Positions 40,721-51,315 are shown, counted from the stretch's first letter. The stretch is DNA of 64,000 nt from an uncultured Nitrososphaeraceae archaeon (GCA_963837175.1 CAWIMJ010000057.1:175842-239841), one strand, 5' to 3'. Notes: generated by a model not told the origin, from the sequence alone. A program made the numbers and translations.

Positions 40721-40801
40721 CCTTAAAAATTTGTTTTCACTGTATTTAAATCATTCACCTATAATATATTAAAACGGCCTGTTCTAGAAAATAATAGATT
40801 G

Positions 40802-41752
40802 TCAAGAAAAAATTTTCCTTACGTCTTGGAATCTTTTCCTTAGAGTAACGATGCTTGTGTCTCCTGCTACGGCTATCTGTGCTTGACTAACCTTCTCGTC
40901 TTCTTTGAGGCATGCGGCGTATAACACTGCAACTGCGAGTGCATTGGGATCTTTGCCATGTGAGACAGGATTTTCTTTAATAGTGGTTAACATTTCAAGT
41001 GCCCTCCGATATGTCTTTTCACTTACTCTAGCCTTGCTCGCTATTTTCGCAAGATATACGCTAGAGTCGATGACGGGGAGGTGAAGTTTCAAATGCCTTA
41101 CCAATAGACGATAACATTTTCCTGCAAAAATTGAGTCAGTGTTTGCTGTTTCAGCGATCTCGTCAAGGGTTCTAGGAATGTTTAGCTCCCTACATGCTGC
41201 ATAAACTGATGCGACAACTAACGCTCGGATTGATCGGCCTTTAATGATACGTTTGTCAAGCGCTTTACGATAGTTGTATGCCGATTTTTCTATCAACGCC
41301 TCATTTAATGACAATTTGTCCTTAACTGTTCCCATAATGGCAAAAGCATTTTTTAGGTTTCTATGGTAGCTCCTATTATTACTCGAAATCTTGTTCCATC
41401 TGCGCATTCGCTGTACCTTGCTCATTTGTTCTGGGCTAATGGCAGCGCCATTTGCGTCTATATTAGAATACGATATGAAAGTAGATAGACCCATGTCGTG
41501 AAATGCTAAGGAAGTTGGCATTCCAGTCCTACTTTTACTTTCAATATCATCACCCGAGTAAACTCTCCATTCTGGTCCTAACGATTCTATATTGTCATGG
41601 ATGACTACGCCACAGGTACTACAAACGATCTCACTAGTCTCGGCATCAAAAACGGTTGCCGTACTATTACACAATGAACAAACATCGTTACCCTTATCGG
41701 ATTTTGGTTCAACTTGTAGCGAACGGTTAATGTTACTTGGTGACATTTTCAT
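40802..41752 (-). CDS. tfb: Transcription initiation factor IIB paralogue
   Basis: Zn ribbon CSLC/CSTC, GPEWR, HDMGLST, two cyclin repeats. Confidence 0.95.
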   Translation of the reverse strand: MKMSPSNINRSLQVEPKSDKGNDVCSLCNSTATVFDAETSEIVCSTCGVVIHDNIESLGPEWRVYSGDDIESKSRTGMPTSLAFHDMGLSTFISYSNIDANGAAISPEQMSKVQRMRRWNKISSNNRSYHRNLKNAFAIMGTVKDKLSLNEALIEKSAYNYRKALDKRIIKGRSIRALVVASVYAACRELNIPRTLDEIAETANTDSIFAGKCYRLLVRHLKLHLPVIDSSVYLAKIASKARVSEKTYRRALEMLTTIKENPVSHGKDPNALAVAVLYAACLKEDEKVSQAQIAVAGDTSIVTLRKRFQDVRKIFS

Positions 41753-41890
41753 TAGTAATACAATCTGTAGAATAAATATAAGCGATAGGTGTACTCCTTT
41801 GTCATAACTAACAACTTGTCACCATTTAAAGTACAAAAAAACTCAAGATAACACAATATATTTAACTGGTAGAAATAATAATAGTCTGAG

Positions 41891-42445
41891 ATGCCGCCTA
41901 AATTGTCTTCTAATAGTCTTTCAACTACCTCAACAAGGTCTTTTAGATTTGATGTGGAATATTCAAAAATATTAGATGAGGAAGCGGAAAGAATGGGTAT
42001 ATCAGTAAACGCCCTAGTGGGAATTATCTTGAGAGGATATACAGAATTTACTCGGTATTTATCGAAAATTGATATGATTGTCGTAAATCGTGAATTCTTG
42101 ACTTCATTACTTGAATGTAGTAATGAAGAAAGTCTCTACAACCTTGGCATGAAACTTGGCGAAACAGTTCCAATTGATACAATAATGTTTTGGAAGAAGG
42201 ATTTGACTGAAAAGTCAGTCTTAGAATATATAGAAAAAATTATTTGCAGATATGGTCATTTAGGAACATATGATGAAATTTCACAATCAGGTAGCAGGAT
42301 TATCGTGATACGACATCGACTAGGACGAAAAGGTTCCAAATTCTTTGAAGGATATCTTCGATCTACTTTAAAAAATACTATAGGAAAAGATGCTAGTTTT
42401 GAAGTAACTGAATCCTCGATGAAGTTTGAAATATTATACACATAG
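41891..42445 (+). CDS. Ribbon-helix-helix putative transcription regulator
   Basis: TRSFRFD...LDEEAERMGISVNALV..IL RHH pattern plus a ~130-aa C-terminal domain. Confidence 0.7.
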   Translation: MPPKLSSNSLSTTSTRSFRFDVEYSKILDEEAERMGISVNALVGIILRGYTEFTRYLSKIDMIVVNREFLTSLLECSNEESLYNLGMKLGETVPIDTIMFWKKDLTEKSVLEYIEKIICRYGHLGTYDEISQSGSRIIVIRHRLGRKGSKFFEGYLRSTLKNTIGKDASFEVTESSMKFEILYT

Positions 42446-42526
42446 AGCAGTGAGTTCTATCAAGCTATCGTTATTCTAATCAAAAGGTTCATAAATTGAT
42501 GTTTCGATCAACAGCCTACATACATT

Positions 42527-43126
42527 ATGTTTTCGATAGTACATATGAGTGACGTTGTACGAATTCCACCAAATAGATTAACTGATTCTCTAAAGAATAC
42601 AGCTATTGGAATACTAAAGGAAAAATACGAGAGCATGATAAGTCCAGATATAGGTTATATTATTATGATTATTGATGCTACAGCTAATGGGATAGGTAAA
42701 CTACTAGCTGGCGATGGTGCGACTTATCATAAAGTTAACTTCAAGGCATTAACTTTTTTTCCAAAATTGCAAGAAGTAGTTGAAGGCGAGGTCGTAGAGA
42801 TCACAGACTTTGGAGCCTTCGTCAGGATCGGGCCGACTGATGCTCTGCTTCATTTATCACAAATAACTGATGATTATTTGAAGAGCGATGTGAAACAAGG
42901 TGTAATTATAGCTAACCAATCGGCAAAAACATTAAAAATAGGTTCGAGAATAAGAGCGAGAGTTACAGCTATAAGTCTGGGAAAAGGAGCAGCTATGGGA
43001 AAAATTGGTATAACCTGTCGCCAACCTTTTCTTGGTGCAAGTGAATGGATAGAGCAGGAGGTAAAGAAGGCTAATCAGCCTACTACTCCTTCGCCAGTAA
43101 AAGAGAAGAAAGGAGGAGGTAAATAA
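42527..43126 (+). CDS. rpoE1: RNA polymerase subunit Rpo7 (E')
   Basis: DVVRIPP, S1 domain FGAFVRIGP.DALLHLSQI, TCRQPFLG. Confidence 0.96.
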   Translation: MFSIVHMSDVVRIPPNRLTDSLKNTAIGILKEKYESMISPDIGYIIMIIDATANGIGKLLAGDGATYHKVNFKALTFFPKLQEVVEGEVVEITDFGAFVRIGPTDALLHLSQITDDYLKSDVKQGVIIANQSAKTLKIGSRIRARVTAISLGKGAAMGKIGITCRQPFLGASEWIEQEVKKANQPTTPSPVKEKKGGGK

Positions 43127-43128
43127 TA

Positions 43129-43317
43129 GTGCCCAAAGAGGTTGCGTGTAAAAAATGCAAGGCGATAACCATCGGGAAGGTTTGTCCAGTATGTAAGTCG
43201 TCTGATCTCACTCCAGACTGGTCCGGAATAATTCTTGTCTTTGATCCGTTGAAATCGCAGATAGCGAACACCCTTGAGATTACTACTCCTCATAAGTATG
43301 CACTTAAAGTCTCATAA
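43129..43317 (+). CDS. spt4: Transcription elongation factor Spt4 (RpoE'')
   Basis: ACKKC...CPVC...DWSG...SQIA...YALKV. Confidence 0.95.
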   Translation: MPKEVACKKCKAITIGKVCPVCKSSDLTPDWSGIILVFDPLKSQIANTLEITTPHKYALKVS

Positions 43318-43322
43318 TTACA

Positions 43323-44186
43323 ATGAAGAATTTACGGGAGTTTCTGAATGTTAGAGAATCTCTCATAATGTTCTTGCGTGAAGACATCGGGAGTGGCGAC
43401 GTTACCACTAATTGCCTTATTCCAGCCGATATAGATAGTGAAGCACAGATCGTATGTAAAAATAATAAGCCAGCAGTCGTATGTGGTCTTGAAGAAGCGG
43501 CTTTAGTATTTGATCTTTGTGGCTGCAATACAAAAACTTTGGTTTCTGATGGATTTTGGGTTCAAAATGGCACGCTTGTAATGACAATAGAAGGAAAGAC
43601 ACGTTCTATTCTAAAGGGCGAGAGAACAGCCTTAAACTTGTTAATGAGAATGAGTGGTATCGCATCCGAGACCAGATTCATTAGGGACGTAATTGAAGAT
43701 TTGACCTATTCTGTTACAGTTGCCAGCACTCGGAAAACAGCACCAGGTTTAAGATATTTCGATAAAAAAGCTGTGACAATAGGTGGAGGAGACAGCCATA
43801 GAATACGGTTGGATGACATGGTCTTGATAAAGGATAATCATCTTGCAATTACGGGCTCCGTAAGAAAATCTGTAGAAATAGCAAAAGAGAAGGTAGGCTC
43901 CTCACTAGCCATAGAATGTGAGTGTAAGAATTTCAATGAAGTTATTGAAGCCATAACTGCTGGGGTAGATATTGTCATGCTTGACAACTTTCCTCCAGCG
44001 GAAGCAGCTAAAACAATGAAAGAAATTTCAAGAATGGGACTTCGAAAAAAGTTAAAGCTAGAAATCTCAGGAGGAATAAACATACGGAACATACGAGACT
44101 ATGCAAAAGAACTACCTGACATCATCTCCATTGGATTCCTTACTCATTCTTCACAGGCCATCGATTTTAGTCTAGAAATAATATAA
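43323..44186 (+). CDS. nadC: Quinolinate phosphoribosyltransferase
   Basis: EDIGSGDVTT, STRKTAPG, LIKDNH, MLDNF, ISGGI. Confidence 0.96.
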   Translation: MKNLREFLNVRESLIMFLREDIGSGDVTTNCLIPADIDSEAQIVCKNNKPAVVCGLEEAALVFDLCGCNTKTLVSDGFWVQNGTLVMTIEGKTRSILKGERTALNLLMRMSGIASETRFIRDVIEDLTYSVTVASTRKTAPGLRYFDKKAVTIGGGDSHRIRLDDMVLIKDNHLAITGSVRKSVEIAKEKVGSSLAIECECKNFNEVIEAITAGVDIVMLDNFPPAEAAKTMKEISRMGLRKKLKLEISGGINIRNIRDYAKELPDIISIGFLTHSSQAIDFSLEII

Positions 44187-44328
44187 AGGCTATAAGATAT
44201 AAAACAAATTGTATTAGATCGCCTATTAATAAGAATAAAGGTTGCTCTTCTGCTTATCGCTGGAGGTGGTGTTGGAATGCATTTGAAGAGGCCAAGTTTC
44301 AGTGAAAAGCCTGTCTAGTAGTAACCCT

Positions 44329-45279
44329 TCATGATAGTTTCAACATACGTTCAATAGCTATTCTTGCTTTTTCTGCTATTTTGGAGGGAACCTTAACTTC
44401 ATATATATTATTGACTAGAGAATTATGAACCTTGTTTAGATTGATCTTTTTCATATACTTACAAACTGCGTCATTTTTTATTGGAATGAATGTTTTATCA
44501 GGATTCTCTTTAATCATTCTATGGAGAATTCCTGTCTCTGTAGCAATTACAAATTGACTTGAAGTAGATTTTTTGGCATGATTCATCATCCCTTCGGTCG
44601 ATAAAATGTAACCAGATTTTATCAATTCACCTGTTGACATATGGTATAGCGCCGATGACGTACAACTGCATTCTGGATGAATTAAAAAATCTGCATCTTT
44701 GAAAGTTGTAAGCATTTTATTAATATCTTCCGCCTTGATTCCCGCGTGGACATGACATTCTCCAGGCCAAATAAACATGTTCCTTCTTTTGGTCACATCA
44801 GCAACGTACGAGCCAAGAAACATATCAGGCAAAAATAAAATTTCTTTATCTTTTGGAATGCTGCTAACTATTTTAACAGCATTTGAAGAAGTGCAACAGT
44901 AATCTGATAATGCCTTTACTTCAGCAGTAGTGTTAACATAACTAACAACTATGGCATTTGGATGCTCTTTAATCCATAGTTTTAGCTCCTCGGCATTAAT
45001 AGTGGAGGATAGAGAACAACCGGCTTCTAAATCAGGAATAAAGACTTTTTTATCTGGACAGATAATCGAAGCAGTTTCAGCCATAAAATGTACGCCGCAG
45101 AAGACAATATTCTCAGCGTCTGTATCCGCAGCATGTCTTGAAAGTGCTAGTGAATCTCCTATAAAATCTGCTACATCCTGTACTTCCGGCAACTGATAAT
45201 TGTGTGCAAGCACAATCGCATTCTTTTCTTTCTTTAAAGCAATAATCTCCTTTGCGTAAGTTCTATCTTGTAGCATCAT
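44329..45279 (-). CDS. nadA: Quinolinate synthase
   Basis: LAHNYQ, FCGVHFMAE, AGCSL, YVNT, CTSSNA, HPEC. Confidence 0.97.
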   Translation of the reverse strand: MMLQDRTYAKEIIALKKEKNAIVLAHNYQLPEVQDVADFIGDSLALSRHAADTDAENIVFCGVHFMAETASIICPDKKVFIPDLEAGCSLSSTINAEELKLWIKEHPNAIVVSYVNTTAEVKALSDYCCTSSNAVKIVSSIPKDKEILFLPDMFLGSYVADVTKRRNMFIWPGECHVHAGIKAEDINKMLTTFKDADFLIHPECSCTSSALYHMSTGELIKSGYILSTEGMMNHAKKSTSSQFVIATETGILHRMIKENPDKTFIPIKNDAVCKYMKKINLNKVHNSLVNNIYEVKVPSKIAEKARIAIERMLKLS

Positions 45280-45496
45280 TTTAGATTGATAACAATTACT
45301 AGATCCTTGCTACTACATTTAAAGTAGTACAATCGAGGACAGCTTTGCCTTCACTATCAAGATTTTGGGCAATACTTGCCACATGAGATGACCATTCATA
45401 AAACACTATCCAGTAAGAGCAAATATGCATTTATTAATCACTATTCTAGTAATACATATATAAAACACGCAAACACAATGTTAGTGAGCGAAATAT

Positions 45497-45676
45497 ATGC
45501 CAACACATGGATCATTAACCAAGGCTGGTAAAGTGAGAGGTCAGACACCAAAAATCCAAGGTAGGCCTAGATCTAGTCTCGTTTCGAAATCGCGTAACAA
45601 GAACAATTTTATTAAACGTTTTGAGAAAAGAAGGCCCCCTGGACAGAAAAAACCAGAACGGCGTGGTAGAAGATAG
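45497..45676 (+). CDS. rps30e: 30S ribosomal protein S30e (missed by the ORF track)
   Basis: [22 protein letters not shown]..., 59 aa. Confidence 0.96.
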   Translation: MPTHGSLTKAGKVRGQTPKIQGRPRSSLVSKSRNKNNFIKRFEKRRPPGQKKPERRGRR

Positions 45677-45893
45677 CTACGCGCCATGAAAGCGGCTTGA
45701 TTTTGTCTTGTATACACGTATTGGGATAGCTACTTGAGAGTATAACCGCTTTTCTATGAATTCGTTTTCAAATTATTTTGGATATTATAGAGTCGTAGCC
45801 TGGAAAATTTTGAAATCGTATTATTTTTATCTGGCTGAATAGTTTCCAGGCAACTTAATATCATAATATCTAATAGATCTATATGATAACAAA

Positions 45894-46733
45894 TTGTTTA
45901 GGAATGTTGGACTCATAGGCTGTGGAACAATAGGTAGTGAACTTGCTCTTGTTATTGATAGTGGTAAGATAAAGAAAGCGGCATTGGTATCGCTTTATGA
46001 TGAGGTTGAGAATGTAGTGGTTGAATTAAAATCAAAATTACAAAATAATAATACAAAAACATTTTCCAATTTCTCCCAATTCATTTCTTCTCCTGCCTTT
46101 GCAAATGCAGATATAATAATTGAAGCCGCTTCCCAAGACGCGGTGAGAAAATTTGCGAAAATTATAATTCAATCTGGTAAAGATTTGATTATAATGAGCA
46201 TCGGTGCTCTTGCAGAAGCTAACCTTCTTCATGAATTATTAGATATTGCTTCTAAAAAGGAAGTTCATATTTATGTTCCTAGCGGCGCTGTAGCAGGAAT
46301 TGATGCTATTCGGAGTGTTAAGCATTTATTAAACTCTGTGACAATTACTACGACAAAAAATCCAAAGGCTTTAGCAGGTGCGCCTTTTTTTGAAAAAACA
46401 AGAAATAAACTAGAGACAATAACTCACAAAACGTTAATCTATGAAGGAACAGCAAGAGATGCTGTAAAAAATTTTCCTGCAAACGTTAATGTTGCAGCCG
46501 TTCTAAGCTTGGCGGGAGTAGGTATGGACGAAACAAAAGTCAAAATTATAGCAGATCCGAACGCTTCAGTAAATCAACATGAAATCCTTGCAAATGGAAA
46601 ATTCGGTGAAATCAATATTGTTGTTCGAAACACGCCTAGTCCAAGTAACCCCAAGACAAGTTACCTTGCCATTCTTTCTGCAGTGGAGTGCCTACGCTCA
46701 ATATGTGATGATAATTTAAGAATTGGAACATGA
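45894..46733 (+). CDS. nadX: L-aspartate dehydrogenase
   Basis: GCGTIG, EAASQ, SGAVAGID, FPANVNVAA, NPKTSYLA; near nadA and nadC. Confidence 0.94.
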   Translation: MFRNVGLIGCGTIGSELALVIDSGKIKKAALVSLYDEVENVVVELKSKLQNNNTKTFSNFSQFISSPAFANADIIIEAASQDAVRKFAKIIIQSGKDLIIMSIGALAEANLLHELLDIASKKEVHIYVPSGAVAGIDAIRSVKHLLNSVTITTTKNPKALAGAPFFEKTRNKLETITHKTLIYEGTARDAVKNFPANVNVAAVLSLAGVGMDETKVKIIADPNASVNQHEILANGKFGEINIVVRNTPSPSNPKTSYLAILSAVECLRSICDDNLRIGT

Positions 46734-46867
46734 GTACTAATCTCTAATACATTGAGATCAAACAGTACAAGTAAATAAAATGATTGTGGTGAAAACGCAT
46801 CAGCTAATAAGTTATTTTTTGACAGTTTATATAGGGCTATTATCAGTCTTGGATCAAGGTATTAAGA

Positions 46868-47143
46868 ATGAGTTACGGAGGATTCAGAAGAAACGACAAC
46901 TTTGGACCAAAACCAGTTGAAACAGGTAAAGAATATGATGTACAGATCACAGAAGTAAGTCGAAAGGGAGACGGTATCGCACGGATACAAGGATTTGTAA
47001 TCTTTGTTAAAAACGGCAAGGTAGGACAAAACGCAAAGATTCGTGTAGTTCAAGTAGGAAACAGATTCGCTACAGCTGAAATAGTAGACAGTGCAACAGC
47101 TACTTCATCTTCAACCACTGCCACCGAACCGACTACTAGTTAA
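46868..47143 (+). CDS. Single-TRAM-domain RNA chaperone
   Basis: KPVETGKEYDVQI...GDGIARIQGFVIFV. Confidence 0.93.
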   Translation: MSYGGFRRNDNFGPKPVETGKEYDVQITEVSRKGDGIARIQGFVIFVKNGKVGQNAKIRVVQVGNRFATAEIVDSATATSSSTTATEPTTS

Positions 47144-47145
47144 TT

Positions 47146-47182
47146 ATTCCCTAAAAGGGAAGATGGTAAGGGGCTTTTTTTG
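47146..47182 (+). terminator. Possible terminator: hairpin plus T tract after TRAM
   Basis: TTCCC-TAAAA-GGGAA followed by a run of T. Confidence 0.35.
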
Positions 47183-47699
47183 TATTTTATTGAACAATTA
47201 TTTAAGTTCATCGTCCCATAAGTATTTTTCATTAACTATTGTAGATTGCATAAATTATTATTAATTTTACGAGTGTTAGTAGTAAGGCAACAACAGAATG
47301 TGTATTAACTAGATAATAGTTTAATTTTTTAACGTTTGTCATCAATATCGCTTTCGTATTTTCGATATTTTATGTTTGAACTAAATGTTTTCTAATAGTA
47401 TTAAAAAATTACGGATATAAAAACAATTAAGAGTGAATTTGGTAGCATCTTTGACAAGAGAATTCAATCTCTAAAATTAATGTACCCTATAAAAGGTCTG
47501 AAGGATGAAGATTATGTCATGATGAAGAATAATGTTGAATATATTTAATCTATGACGAAACTATAATAGATAAGCCTAGGGTAGGTCTTAAATAATCTTG
47601 ATACATGTACTGGTTCTAGCTATGTACTAGCAATATCGCTAATATCTTGTTTTGAACTAGACTAACACTTAAAAATAAGTCTAAATAGTGATCCAATGT

Positions 47700-47858
47700 A
47701 TGGCTGCCCGAAAGAAAACGTCTACAAAGAAACGACTGGTAAAACGCACTAGACAGAATAGACCGGTGCCAGCCTGGATAATAATCAGAACACACAGACA
47801 TGTAAGGACTAATCCAAAGCGAAGACTATGGCGTAGATCAGATGTAAATGTAGGATAA
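47700..47858 (+). CDS. rpl39e: 50S ribosomal protein L39e (missed by the ORF track)
   Basis: MAARKKTSTKKRLVKRTRQNRPVPAWII.RT...NPKRR.WRR. Confidence 0.96.
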   Translation: MAARKKTSTKKRLVKRTRQNRPVPAWIIIRTHRHVRTNPKRRLWRRSDVNVG

Positions 47859-47878
47859 ATCGAGGTGTTGTAACAAAA

Positions 47879-48217
47879 ATGTCAGAAATAGAAGAAAATC
47901 TAACTCGTGTATACACAATTAATTTAGGAAAAGCTTGGATAACTCCACAATACAAGAGAACGGATAGAGTTATCAATATGATCAAGGAGTTTGCAAAAAA
48001 ACACATGAAGAGTGAAGAAATAAAAATTGACCAGGATTTGAACCGGCAAATTTGGAAAAGGGGCAAAACCAATCCTCCAAGGAAAGTGCGTGTAAAGATG
48101 GTAAAAGATGAAGATGGGATGGTTATAGTTTCTTCATACGAAGAAGCAATAAAAACCGAACCCGATACTGAATCTAATGAACCTGATTCGTTTAATGAAT
48201 CGCAGAATAAAAAGTAA
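47879..48217 (+). CDS. rpl31e: 50S ribosomal protein L31e
   Basis: RVYTINL, KHMK, IW.RG..NPPRKVRV; follows rpl39e. Confidence 0.96.
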   Translation: MSEIEENLTRVYTINLGKAWITPQYKRTDRVINMIKEFAKKHMKSEEIKIDQDLNRQIWKRGKTNPPRKVRVKMVKDEDGMVIVSSYEEAIKTEPDTESNEPDSFNESQNKK

Positions 48218-48509
48218 AAGAGAATCGAATCAGAAGAAAATAATACTACTGACTGATTGAAGATAAAAAAATGCTACATAAACGCAAGGTTTGACCACTT
48301 TTTATATCCTGTTATTGTCCTTGATATAGCTTATCCTTAATTTGACAATTCAAGGTATTTGTCGATGAAGGGAGGCATAATATTTTACCCTCATTTAAAT
48401 TAAAATAATCTCTAAATATATTATGATATGACCAGCAACAGTAAATGTACTAAGGTATAGAGTGTAAATACGCCTGAGATCAGAACCCGTGGAAACGGTA
48501 CTTATTCAT

Positions 48510-49490
48510 TTACTCGAGGTTTGGAATAATCATTTCTATGTCTGGAGAAGAATCCATCTCTTCCCAATCCAATATGTTTTGTTTTGGAATAATCTCTGAA
48601 AGAGGATCATATCTATCAAATCTTGTTGTTTCTTGAACTTCAGCCATTAAATGGACCTTTATCCTCTCTGAATTAGACATCGCCAAAATCACTTCCGGAG
48701 TTTTCTCTTCTTTGAAAATTTCTTGTACGGTGTTAGCGATAAAATTAAGTTTGGCTATGGGTACATTTTCACCTCCCATAACATACAGCAATGCTCTTTT
48801 TACTGAATTTGGAGCGACATTGTCACACAACATTTCGAGTGAATCCTTTACAGACGATTCGACAGATCCATTTTCTTTTTTATCTGCAAACAATAAGTTC
48901 AAACTGGAATGAATATGTCCCTCTGAAATTAATGAAATAACTTCACAAATTGCGCTATTAGTGATTCTATAACATTCCTTCGGTGTTAGCTCAGGATTAT
49001 TTTGTAATAAACTATCATTATCTATTACTATTGTCGCATCTGCAATATCCCGAAGTCGCTTTAGGGATACGCCAGCATGAAATATTCTATCTTTCTCAAA
49101 TCCGAAAGGCATTATTGCAAATAAGATTATTGAGGTCGCCCCTGTATGTTTAGCTATACTAGATACTACAGGAGACATTGCGGTTCCGCTGCGGCCAGCC
49201 AGATTTGTGATGACGATTATTGTTTTAAATCCATCAATCGTTGCTTTGATTTCCTTATTTGAAGACTGGGCAAAAGATCGTATCTTGTAACTTGAAGGAT
49301 TTACCCATGAATTGGAATCAATTAAGAGACTCTGACAATTTCCATCGAGATCGTTTTTATCATTACTAATTAAGACGCATTTGCAAGCTAATATTTTACT
49401 TGCGATAATTGCAATCTTGCTGCCGGCACCTCCTATGCCAACCATTAATACGGGTTGTCTTATTTGCAAGTAATTATCTTTCATAATCAC
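48510..49490 (-). CDS. ftsZ: Thaumarchaeal atypical FtsZ/tubulin-family protein
   Basis: GIGGAG, AIMPFGFE, IDNDSLL; tubulin signature degenerate (NLAGRSGTA). Confidence 0.85.
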   Translation of the reverse strand: MIMKDNYLQIRQPVLMVGIGGAGSKIAIIASKILACKCVLISNDKNDLDGNCQSLLIDSNSWVNPSSYKIRSFAQSSNKEIKATIDGFKTIIVITNLAGRSGTAMSPVVSSIAKHTGATSIILFAIMPFGFEKDRIFHAGVSLKRLRDIADATIVIDNDSLLQNNPELTPKECYRITNSAICEVISLISEGHIHSSLNLLFADKKENGSVESSVKDSLEMLCDNVAPNSVKRALLYVMGGENVPIAKLNFIANTVQEIFKEEKTPEVILAMSNSERIKVHLMAEVQETTRFDRYDPLSEIIPKQNILDWEEMDSSPDIEMIIPNLE

Positions 49491-49570
49491 AATCCTTCAT
49501 TGTATGTATTAATATTAGTTAAAAATGTTATTAATCAAATATAAACATGCAATTGCGTAAAAAAGTTGAT

Positions 49571-51028
49571 TTACTTCTCACTGTTGAAATTAATAATGCC
49601 AGCAGTTAATGAATAGGCGGAATAGCTAGAAATCTCGACTTGAATTTCTCCTCCTAGATGCGGCTTAACATTTGCAGCTTCATATGAAATTAGACATTCT
49701 GTTGATAATAAAACAGGCTTGTATGCATAGTTTCTACCTTGTATGTTTCTTCCATTAATTTCATCTATGGTTACGGTTCCTCTCCAACCCTTCCAAATCG
49801 AATTACGCTTTGCACCAATTTCCTTTATCAGTTTGTGGATCTGTTCACTTCTCTGCTTTACTATATGTGAATCAACCTGTTTAAGTTTGCAGGCTTCTGT
49901 CCCAGAACGACTGCTATATTTTGAAGAATTTACAATATCAGGTTCTGTCTCTTTTAGTAAATCTATTGTTTTTAAAAAGTCTTCATTTGTCTCTGTAGGA
50001 AAACCAATGATAACATCAGTTGCGATGGTTATTTCTGGAAACGCTTTTCTAAAAGCTCTAACTATGTTACGATAAGTCTTTACGGTGTGCCCTCTCTTCA
50101 TTTTCCTAAGAATTCTGTCGCTACCGCTCTGGACAGGGATATGTAAAAACTTAAAGATTTTGTCGTTTGCTGAAAATACCTCTATCATTTCCTTTAGCAT
50201 ACATGGAAGGTACATTGGGTTCATCATTCCAACTCTAATTTTATAATCACCTTCAATGAGACAACATGATCGTAGTAGATGTACCAGGTCTGATCCTATG
50301 TCCTTACCATAGCAGCCGTTGTCAGTAGATGAAAGCCATATTTCTTTGCAGCCGTCGGCGATATCGCTACGCATCTGTCTTAATATCTCACCTATGCGAT
50401 AACTCCGAAGCCTCCCCTTTGCAAGTTTAGTTTGGCAGAATGAACATTCGCTCATACAGCCACTTGCTATTTCAATTATGCTAATTATAGGATTAATTCG
50501 TATTCTTGGAAGATTTATTTTTTCTAAAGAAGAGTCTTCAACAAATACAGCTTTTTTACCCATAAAAGCAGAATGTACTACATCGATAGTCCTATCAATT
50601 GAATGAGGTCCAAGTATGCTTGCATAGGAATTAAGTGATTCTATTCTTGGTCTTTCGGTCTTTGCTAAACATCCCGCTATGATCAATGGTTTGACTGACT
50701 TAGAAAGCTTATCAATTCTATGCAGCATTCTGTGTTGAGTTACATCCTTTACTGAACAGGTTACGATGATATTCAGAGAGGATTCATTTTCGCAGGTTGC
50801 CATTTCATACCCATCCGCCTTTAATAATCCTGACATCATCTCAGAGTCTGCCATGCTTGCAGAACATCCGTACGCTTCAATCCATACTTTCTTTTTGCTA
50901 CAATTGAGTCCATTGATTCTTTCAGGTTCAAAGGACTTTGAGATCTTGGGTGAATGGAAACGATTTTTGGAATTTCTTTGGATAAGATTCAAAGACTCAA
51001 TCAGCTTAGGCTCTACTGTTTCTATCAA
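49571..51028 (-). CDS. mtaB: tRNA t6A37 methylthiotransferase (archaeal e-MtaB/CDKAL1 type)
   Basis: YGCSAS, TCSVK, AGC, radical SAM CMSECSFC, HIPVQSGS, GRNYAYKP. Confidence 0.9.
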   Translation of the reverse strand: MIETVEPKLIESLNLIQRNSKNRFHSPKISKSFEPERINGLNCSKKKVWIEAYGCSASMADSEMMSGLLKADGYEMATCENESSLNIIVTCSVKDVTQHRMLHRIDKLSKSVKPLIIAGCLAKTERPRIESLNSYASILGPHSIDRTIDVVHSAFMGKKAVFVEDSSLEKINLPRIRINPIISIIEIASGCMSECSFCQTKLAKGRLRSYRIGEILRQMRSDIADGCKEIWLSSTDNGCYGKDIGSDLVHLLRSCCLIEGDYKIRVGMMNPMYLPCMLKEMIEVFSANDKIFKFLHIPVQSGSDRILRKMKRGHTVKTYRNIVRAFRKAFPEITIATDVIIGFPTETNEDFLKTIDLLKETEPDIVNSSKYSSRSGTEACKLKQVDSHIVKQRSEQIHKLIKEIGAKRNSIWKGWRGTVTIDEINGRNIQGRNYAYKPVLLSTECLISYEAANVKPHLGGEIQVEISSYSAYSLTAGIINFNSEK

Positions 51029-51315
51029 TTACTATACACCATCCGTAGAATTCTACCATCCTTTAATCATTTGTCCAGGTTAAATATTAAGAGTATATTA
51101 CTGCGAGAACGTTAACATGTAATATTTTGCTTCTTTAATAGTGGACAATCTAGAAATCGTTTATGCAGGATTAAGAAGTTCACAAACCTTGACCTGACAA
51201 GCAACAAATCAGTTATAAAATCTCATAACCTCAATGCATAATACGGACTCAACGATCTACATAACAAAGTTAAGTATATTTTCATTCTAAATAATGAAGT
51301 ATATTATGCAGGATT

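Noticed and set aside
39404-40772. Long antisense ORFs (184 and 186 aa)
   Set aside because: Antisense shadows of dpck and mrp with no motifs.
47616-48072. Minus-strand ORFs 47616..47801 and 47809..48072
   Set aside because: Shadows of rpl39e and rpl31e on the plus strand.
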